Assembly: GCA_002269645.1 (NCBI GenBank)
Contig: NIVC01000767.1
Location: forward strand, 1-64,000
DNA from: Macrostomum lignano
Lineage: Eukaryota
Direction of reading: 5' to 3'
DNA length: 64,000 nucleotides
Position numbers and translations under genes: made by a program. The notes beneath the pieces are model-generated. The model saw only the letters and a program-made list of their open reading frames with translations, did no database searches and was not told the DNA's origin. Position 1 is the stretch's first letter, and each line of letters starts with the position of its first letter. This document shows, piece by piece, positions 55,496 through 64,000 of this stretch.

Positions 55496-58400
55496 TGTTG
55501 CTGTTTTCTGTGAGCAAAGAAATTTAATAATTTAAAATAGACAGTAGAGATAGTATATTGTGATTATGTAATAATTGAGATATTAAAAAACAAGCCATAG
55601 TTTAAGAAGCATAAAGAAATTTATAAAATTATAGATTGTTTAAGGTACATTGGATCCTCAATTCTTTATTTCAATTTTTAGTTTTCAATTTTTACAACTT
55701 CTAAACTTCCTAGATAAATATTAAGAAAACTCAATAGCCTTTAAGAACACATGATAAGAATTTTTGCAGTATAAAAGCTTTCTCAGTTGTCAATAACCAG
55801 ATGGGCTAAATTGAGTTCTCAATGTAGGCACAATTTCACTCATGGCAGAGTTCCAAGTGCTTGAAAAAATGGCTTGCAGCTGCAGCCTGAAGCACTTTGA
55901 CCTATATAACTTTTGCTGACACATTTGTAAACATATCTTCCGATGCTTTTAACACTTTAAATGTTGCTCAAAGCTAAGTCATATACATGTATATCACTTA
56001 TCATTTGCCTTTCCTATCAGTCTCCCTATTATAAAAATAAAATAAGACTCAATTCATTGACATAAAGCAATTAGATAGAATTAATTTAGGTACATAAATT
56101 TATATAAAAAAAATACATAATACTAATAGTGCTTTGATTTTATCAATATTCTTTATTTATTAATTTTAACTAATAAATAAGGTTAGGAACAAACTTAGTC
56201 TTAGGCAGATTAGAAATCAAATAAATCATTTCTAAAATAAAAGGCCTACCTAGTAAAAAGCTAACAAAATAAATTTAAATTATTTTAGCAAGCTTTCATT
56301 TCAGATATTTTTATATTGCTATAATGATCTACTAATTATTAATCCTCATGCAATTTTTGATATCTACCAACTAAAAAGTGACAAGCAAAAATACTAAACA
56401 TAGCATTTGCTGCATTCTGCCATTCATAAACTAATTAGGCCTAAACCTATGCCTATGGATTCTAATCCTAATTTGCAAGTTAGAAAGTTAGATTAGGCCT
56501 AGAGATGAATATAAATCCAAACCAAAGGCAAAATTTGATCCAAATTTAAAGAAGTTCATAGGCCTATTCAATCAAACCATTTTCAAAGTTAAAATGACCT
56601 ACTCACTCTACTGCTGGTAGGTAGTAAAATACTAAGGCCAAGTACAAATTTAAATTAATAATATAAGCATGCTGAGCATATAAGGCATCACTTAGTAAAC
56701 ATAAACACCATAATTAACACAGTCGCTGAAGAATAACTTGACAATGTCAGACTAAATACTGACTAACAGACTGATCCTGCTGATTCCTCCCCATCGTCGA
56801 CGTGTCGAAAATGAAAATCAGCTTTAAGTCACTTTTAAACAACCTGTAACTTGAACAACAACATCTTGCAAGCAAGAAAATTAAAAACAAGAAGATATTA
56901 AAAGAAATAGAAAAAAATAACTAACAGAAGCTTTGCTTACTGCTTGTTAAGAGAACTAATAAACAAATTTAATTTGGTTTGTTTTACTTTAATAAATCAG
57001 AACATAGCGACCAGATTTTGTTTACTTTGAAAATTCAGTACCGTTATGGCTATTTAATCTGCGCAGCTGTGCCTGATTTGTGTTTGTGTGTATTTTATTT
57101 GAAATTTAATAGTTATTGGAGAAGAGCTAGTTATTTATATTTGCCATTTTTTAATTTGTTTGCCTTATTATTGGGCTACTTGCCCTACCACAACATAAAA
57201 TATGGCAAAGGCATCAATTTGTGGCCCTGCAGTAACAAATTTGACTGGAAGCTGGGTAGGTATTATTTCACTGCCTTTTTTGACGTTTTCTATATAATTT
57301 TACTTTTAATATTAAATTTTAATACAGCCATACATGCCTGTGCATTTATTTAGGCCTTGTAGTCATAGGACATAATATTTAGAGTAGAAACTAACTGTTA
57401 ATATGGTATGATGATATGATATAAACCATGGCATAAGCCAGGTTGCGGATGGTATGCATGTACGCCGGAACTTTTCCGGCGTACAAAATGGCCACCCTCA
57501 GTCCTTGGCGTACACAATCGGCGTACACAACCCTTGGCGCACTTTGTTGGCGTACACTATTGGCGTACACAAGTAACACAGCCACGCATACTTTTTTGGC
57601 GTACAAATTTTGGTGAATCAATTCATGCCATGCATGAAAATTGTAATGTAAATTAATGTTTTTACGTAAAGTAAAGGAAAATTTATATCGTCAGTGATAA
57701 ACTTTTTGCTTATTTTAAGTTAAAAAAAAATAAAATTAGTGTAAAATTTTGCTGAAAGTATTAACTTTGCATTAAATTTTTTCTAGGTGTTATTTAAGTT
57801 TGTTTAAACTGACAATATTCGTAATATTTTAAAGACACTTTTCATACGAAAGCCTTTCCTAGAAAACTCTACTCGTGAAAACCGAGTGACCCTTTTTTTA
57901 GGAATTTTTGGTGTACATTTTAGTGCAACTTTTTGTTTTTGGCGTACACTGGCATACAAAGTCCTTGACGCCCGAATTTTTTCCGGCGTACACGGGTACA
58001 TGATCCGCACACTGGGGCATAAGGCCCTCTTAAACCAAGATTTCCAACACAAAATATTCCTTCTTCATTCAAGCTTTATAGTATTACTATTACTCTAATA
58101 TAGTATACTCTAAATAAAAATAAATTCTTCTTTACTATAGGCATAGCTGTCATGGCTATGGCTATGGGCACCTATTCATGTATTAGCTTCTGCCACCACT
58201 GCCTGTCCTTTGTTGCTCTTCTTAGCCTTTCCATTGACTTATCTTGTCTATTCTTTCAGGTTATCTTCCCTCTATCTTTTTGGTTTTCTTTTACCTTTTC
58301 TCTTTAAATATAAAATATTTTATTATTTTTTAGACTTTTCTTTGTCTAATATCCAATATATGAGAAAGCCCAAAAAAGAATTTTGCTACTATTGAAACCT

Positions 58401-58672
58401 AAAATTGAAATTTGATATAGAAAGACAACACCATGGCTTTCTGGAGTAATACACAAGATTGGACAAAATAATATAAGCAAAAACCAAAAATAAAAGATGA
58501 TTCAAAATTTTAAAGCCAACAAAACAATCAACTGAATCAAGCTTGCAATTGCAATTTAGATACAGTTTATATTTTATTCATATTCATTCAAAATATCCAA
58601 GAATGTCATTATTCATAAGATATTTAGAGCTTTAGTTTAAGTTCAAAGTAGCTTCAATGAACAACAATTATT

Positions 58673-59680
58673 CAAGGACTTCTAGACTAACAGGACGTGG
58701 GACTCAAGAATCGTGCAATTTTTTGGAGGCCACAATTTCCTAGAAAAAATACACTGCGAAGATAGGAAAAAATCAGTTTTTCGTCACAAAATCTGTGATT
58801 GTATTTGATCTGGGGCAGTGAAGACTACCATTCTTTTAATTTAACATGCACAACATGTTACTCTATTATATTTTCATATAGCTATGTAGTGAAGTTTTCA
58901 TTTTCATATTGTTTTCACTTTGTTTCATGGGCCCAAAGTTGCAGGTGCTCACGGGTGGCATTAGCCAAATATCAAATTCAAGAAAAGAAAAGCTATTCAA
59001 ATTTGTAATATAATAATTTTTTTAGCCTTTAAAATAAAAATTATAAAAAATACTAATCAATGTTTTTTCTTATAGATTAGTAACCTAATCTATTAGATTA
59101 CCTAGTAAAAATGGTTAGGGCCTATTTTTGTGATTAAGTCTATTCTTCTTAAATCTTAGTCTTAAATATAGGCTTGGCTTAAAAACTGATAATACAGCTT
59201 TCTCAAGCCTAGGTAAACAACAATATGAAACTATGTATTGGTAATCTATATATAATAAAAAAATCTTTGTCTAAATTTAATTACTTATTAGGCTAGATAC
59301 TAAACCTACAATAATAGCTCAAGACTAAGAGTACCTACATGCAATGTTTTTATACTTTATTTAAAAAAGAACAACACAAAAAGTTTGGCTAATGCCACTT
59401 GTGAGTGTTTGCAGCTTTGGGCTTGAGAAATAAAGTGAAAACAATATGAAAATGAAAACTTCACTACATAGCTATATGAAAATATAATAGAGTAACATGT
59501 TGTGCATGCTAAATTAAAAGAATGGTAGTCTTCACTGCCCCAGATCAAATAAAATCACAGATTTTGTGACGAAAAACTGATTTTTTCCTATTTTCGCAGT
59601 GTATTTTTTCCGGGAGATCGTGGCCTCCAAAAAATTGCACGATTTTTGAGTTTTGCGTCCTGTTGGTCTAGAAGTCCTTA
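58673..59680. mobile_element. About 1-kb foldback element, about 310-bp TIRs, CAAGGAC terminus, 8-bp TSD
   Basis: CAAGGACTTCTAGAC.../...GTCTAGAAGTCCTTA. CAATTATT at 58665-58672 and 59681-59688. AT-rich noncoding interior. Confidence 0.88.
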
Positions 59681-60995
59681 CAATTATTATGCCATTTTAG
59701 CTGAAAGCCTATTCTTTTCTTAGTCATAATGAGTTCTTTAGCATTGAAGAGAAATTCAAAATCTGCATTAGAAGCAAGTGTAATAAGAATGCACATAATA
59801 AGCATTGCCAAATATGTGTACTTATATCTATTGTTATTGTCTACCTACCAATATTGTGTGAGAGCTGTTTGCTAACTAGGTTTATTAGGTTGTGGAAGCA
59901 CAAGTTCCTACAGATAATCAGCCACCTTATTAAGCACTAGTCCCATTGAAGTTGGCTTTGCAGTGGTAGTCTATAAATATAGAGCCTCTAAGTCATCAAG
60001 AACAATTAGAGCATAGTTGGTGCTATTGCCACATAGAGTAAGCAGGTTAGGCTAAGCCATTGTTAGTTTTTTTTTCAAAATGGCTTGTGCTTCGTTTTAG
60101 TACTATTGCATTACTACAAAAGCCCATATCTCAGTAATGTGGGTCTAGCAATGTAGCAAGTGCAAACAACTCATCATTCAAGTTCAAGATATCAAAGAAG
60201 CAACACTTGATATATGCTAGCAAATTTCTAGCCAATGTCTGATTACCTTTAGCTTTTGGATCACTCATTATATGCAGCCTATTCTAGAAAGGCATATAAT
60301 CCTTAGAGTTATTGTGAAAATAAATAACTTTTTGAAATTTTCAACAATAAAATAACTATTTTGTTATATAGGAAAATTCTGCATTGATATATATAGGTTT
60401 CACATTTGAGTTAGCAGCTGTCTCAGAGGAGATATATGTTAAACCTAGCTAGTCAATCAATCAATCAATCCACTTGGATTTTAGATATAAGATGAAATTC
60501 TAACTAATAATAGTATGCTAAAGTTAATAGGATTTAATAAGAATACTCCTACTTTATTTAATCTTTAAAATTCACAAATTCAGCACAATTTTTTATGCAT
60601 TTTTTTTATCTATTTTTATTAGCTTCAGTTATAATTTAAATTTGCAGCTTAGATTATGTAGAAAGGCATTTCTAATTAAATACCATTAGCAAATAAGTTG
60701 GCAACACAATTTGACAGCAAACAAAGTGATTGGAACCCCTTGCTATTGGCTTTATTTGGCATAGGATTAGGATAGACTAGCAATCAGCACCCTCTGTTGA
60801 GAAGCCAGAAAATGTAGTACAAGTTTTTTTAATAAACTACATGTAGCATCTCTTTGCAATATTCCTTAGCAGTCCTTTGTAAACCTTGACATGTTAGCAA
60901 TTCCCCCCACAAGCCTTAACATATCACTTCCCCCCTTGACATCTTAGCAATACCCCCATAAGCCTTTAAATCTTAAAAAAATCTGTCAATATTCT

Positions 60996-61030
60996 AACCC
61001 TAACCCTAGCCTAACCCTAACTATAACCCT
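60996..61030 (-). repeat. Short degenerate interstitial (TTAGGG)n-like tract
   Basis: TAACCCTAACCCTAGCCTAACCCTAACTATAACCCT on the + strand. Confidence 0.5.
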
Positions 61031-61809
61031 ATAGCATTAACATTTTAGTAGTTCTCCCCAAGAGTCATTATAGCACTACAGCATTATAGCAATTCCCTAT
61101 AAGCCTCGACATTGTAGGGATTCCCCTTGATTCTTGATAGATGCTTATTCTTTATCATATACTTTATTTATTGTTTTTAAAAAATAGAGCTAGCTTTTAG
61201 CTAAAAGATAATAATCATAATTATTATAGTCAACACAATAGTTCAAATGATCAATGGCTAAGTTAAATGTTATGGCTAAGCTGTTTTGCTAATTTATATA
61301 GCTTTGTGAATGCTAGAATATATTATATAAAACTTTGATTAACAATTATTTTTAATTGTGCAATCAGATTGACCCCTTTTATAGTGGTTTTTCATTGATT
61401 TTAATTTTAGACAGGTGTAAGATATGCTTTGTTTTTTATAACCTAAAAGTGTAATGTTTGACAACTCATACATATTTCAGCTTTGCAGATAAAAAAAATC
61501 TTTGGTAATCTAATTAATGTTTATAAATAAGCAGTATTTAAAAAGGCTGTTTTTTCATGTATATTCTTTTACCTAACTACTTATCTCTATCCATTTCTTT
61601 TGCTTAATATTGTGCATTCAAAAAAGTTGGTTGTAATTTTTTAGTGCTATGTATAAAATTCTTCTAAGTCAAATTGTAAATCTTGGTGATGTATCATTCA
61701 TAATATGCTTAGCTAATTTTAAATCATATATAAAGTAACCATACAGTATATAAAAAGTATGCTTGTGCAGTTTTAACTCATTTGTGTCTCATCAATCACA
61801 AATTCGCAG

Positions 61810-61923
61810 TTTCCCTCTGGTTACTATGGACACAACAGGGACAGCCATCGCAATGACATCTATACAGAATACCGCAGGCTTGCCAAGCCTCAGCCGCCTC
61901 GGGTATTTCTCACCAGAATGAAG
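61810..61923 (+). CDS. Isolated probable coding exon of an unidentified gene (FPSGYYGHNRDSHRNDIYTEYRRLAKPQPPRVFLTRMK)
   Basis: TTCGCAG acceptor, AAG/GTAAAT donor, 114 nt open in phase 0, GC-richer island in AT-rich DNA. No family recognised. Confidence 0.5.
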
Positions 61924-62479
61924 GTAAATAAGCGTCTACTAATTGTGCTAACGTTTTATGGTTAATGTATGGTTTTATAATTTCATCTCCAATGATTTTT
62001 ATTGACTAGCCTTGTAGTTGACTAGCTTGACATATATGCCGTCAATAAAAGTTTCTTAATTAAAAACAACATTTGGGATAAAACTTAAGAACCATACTCC
62101 CGATTTCGAAATGGAAGCTGCAGTATGGAGATTCTGAAAAGAAAGCTAGTGCAGATTACAGTCTGCAAGCTACAGATTCCAAATAAGAAGCTATGGATTC
62201 CAATCATAAGCTTGAGGCAGAAGGCCTTTTACGAGCTAGTTTTAATAGATGGATAGAATGATTTTGTGCTGTTTTGCGCGTGTATTTATATTTACAAACA
62301 GCGCGAGATTGAGGGGCCTAGGGAGGTGCGGAAAGGTGGCGTGGCATGATAGGCTACGCCAACCCCCCCCCCCCGGCTTAGCCTCAGCTAGACAGAGATT
62401 GTGGGGTTTCCAGTGCGGCTGCACTGGTGCTGCCGGTCGCGTACAGTCTGACCGCCTGCCGCCACGAGCTACATATTTC

Positions 62480-64000
62480 AAATGGGAAGCTACGTATTCC
62501 AACTTGGAAGCTACGTATTCCAACTTGGAAGCTACGTATTCCAACTTGGAAGCTACGTATTCCAACTTGGAAGCTATGGATTCCAGTCGGAAGCTATGGA
62601 TTCCAGTCGGAAGCTACATATTCCAAACGGGAAGCTACATTTTCTAAATAGGAAGCTATGGATTCCAGTCGGAAGCTACATATTCCAAACGGGAAGCTAC
62701 GTATTCCAAATAGGAAGCTACGGATTCCAGTCAGAAGCTACATGTTCCAAACAGAGTTGCCACCCCGGCGAATTTTAATCGCTGGGCGATTTTAAATAGC
62801 TGAGCGATTTTTTGTAATATTCAGCAATTTTCAGCAATGTTTTATTCTTATGGGGTAGAATCCCCCCCCACAATTACCCCAGAATTACCCAGAATCGTGA
62901 GATTCTGGGTGTAGGAATCGTGAGATTCTGGGGGTAAGAATCGTGAGATTCTGGGGGTAAGAATCGTGAGATTCTGGGGGTAAGAATCGTGAGATTCTGG
63001 GGGTAAGAATCGTGAGATTCTGGGGGTAAGAATCGTGAGATTCTGGGGGTAAGAATCGTGAGATTCTGGGGGTAAGAATCGTGAGATTCTGGGGGTAAGA
63101 ATCGTGAGATTCTGGGGGTAAGAATCGTGAGATTCTGGGGGTAAGAATCGTGAGATTCTGGGGTAAGAATCGTGAGATTCTGGGGGTAAGAATCGTGAGA
63201 TTCTGGGGGTAAGAATCGTGAGATTCTGGGGGTAAGAATCGTGAGATTCTGGGGGTAAGAATCGTGAGATTCTGGGGGTAAGAATCGTGAGATTCTGGGG
63301 GTAAGAATCGTGAGATTCTGGGGGTAAGAATCGTGAGATTCTGGGGGTAAGAATCGTGAGATTCTGGGGGTAAGAATCGTGAGATTCTGGGGGTAAGAAT
63401 CGTGAGATTCTGGGGGTAAGAATCGTGAGATTCTGGGGTAAGAATCGTGAGATTCTGGGGGTAAGAATCGTGAGATTCTGGGGGTAAGAATCGTGAGATT
63501 CTGGGGGTAAGAATCGTGAGATTCTGGGGTAAGAATCGTGAGATTCTGGGGGTAAGAATCGTGAGATTCTGGGGGTAAGAATCGTGAGATTCTGGGGGTA
63601 AGAATCGTGAGATTCTGGGGGTAAGAATCGTGAGATTCTGGGGGTAAGAATCGTGAGATTCTGGGGGTAAGAATCGTGAGTTTCTAGGATAAGAATCATG
63701 CTCAAAACAAAGCCTTTTATTTCAAAGTTGCAGCGATTTTTTATTACATATGCGATTTTTGCAAGCCAAGAGTCGGTGGCAACATTGCTTCCAAACTGGA
63801 AGCTACATATTCCAAATAGGAAGCCATGGATTCTAGTCGGAAGCTACATATTCCAAACTGGAAGCTACGTGGAAGCTTCACGTAACTTGGAAGCTTCACA
63901 TTCCAAAAAGGAAGCTATGGATTCCAGTCATAAGCTACATATTCCAAACGGGAAGCTACATGTTCTAAATTGGAAGCTGCATATTCTAAATAGGAAGCTA
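62480..64000. repeat. About 20-21-bp GGAAGCTAC..ATTCCAA minisatellite, interrupted by a hAT-like MITE
   Basis: Same unit at 62480-62750 and 63790-64000. Confidence 0.9.
62752..63787. mobile_element. hAT-like MITE carrying an internal 23-bp tandem array (62885-63690)
   Basis: Termini CAGAGTTGCCACC / GGTGGCAACATTG. 8-bp flanks GTTCCAAA / CTTCCAAA (7 of 8 match). Internal GAATCGTGAGATTCTGGGGGTAA repeats. Confidence 0.75.

Noticed and set aside
60996-61030. Telomere or fusion scar
   Set aside because: Too short and degenerate, and single orientation only.

Overview
Eukaryotic, intron-rich animal DNA. A tegument-allergen-like EF-hand/dynein-light-chain gene and minisatellite-packed introns point to a flatworm, most likely Macrostomum (inference). 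Genes reconstructed by hand from GT-AG sites with consistent phases: two tandem KY/hillarin-like transglutaminase-fold genes ending in a dynein microtubule-binding-domain-like module (1-2272 partial; 9824-14227); a TAL-type EF-hand+DLC gene between them on the minus strand (6764-7809); a complete 7-exon Miro/RHOT gene (17759-28283); a 5-exon CYLD-like USP gene with all three catalytic residues substituted and no CAP-Gly domains in the model (32793-50123, minus); a 2-exon CPFC glutaredoxin (51015-55495, minus) with a young RT-RNaseH LINE in its intron; and one orphan exon (61810-61923). Roughly a quarter of the window is tandem repeat. Mobile DNA includes an intron-containing THAP/P-type transposon with a 9-bp TSD, CANGGAC-ended non-autonomous elements as short as 42-48 bp with 8-bp TSDs, several MITEs, a long-TIR foldback element and tRNA-derived SINEs. 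Most long ORFs in the supplied track are artefacts of the minisatellites.
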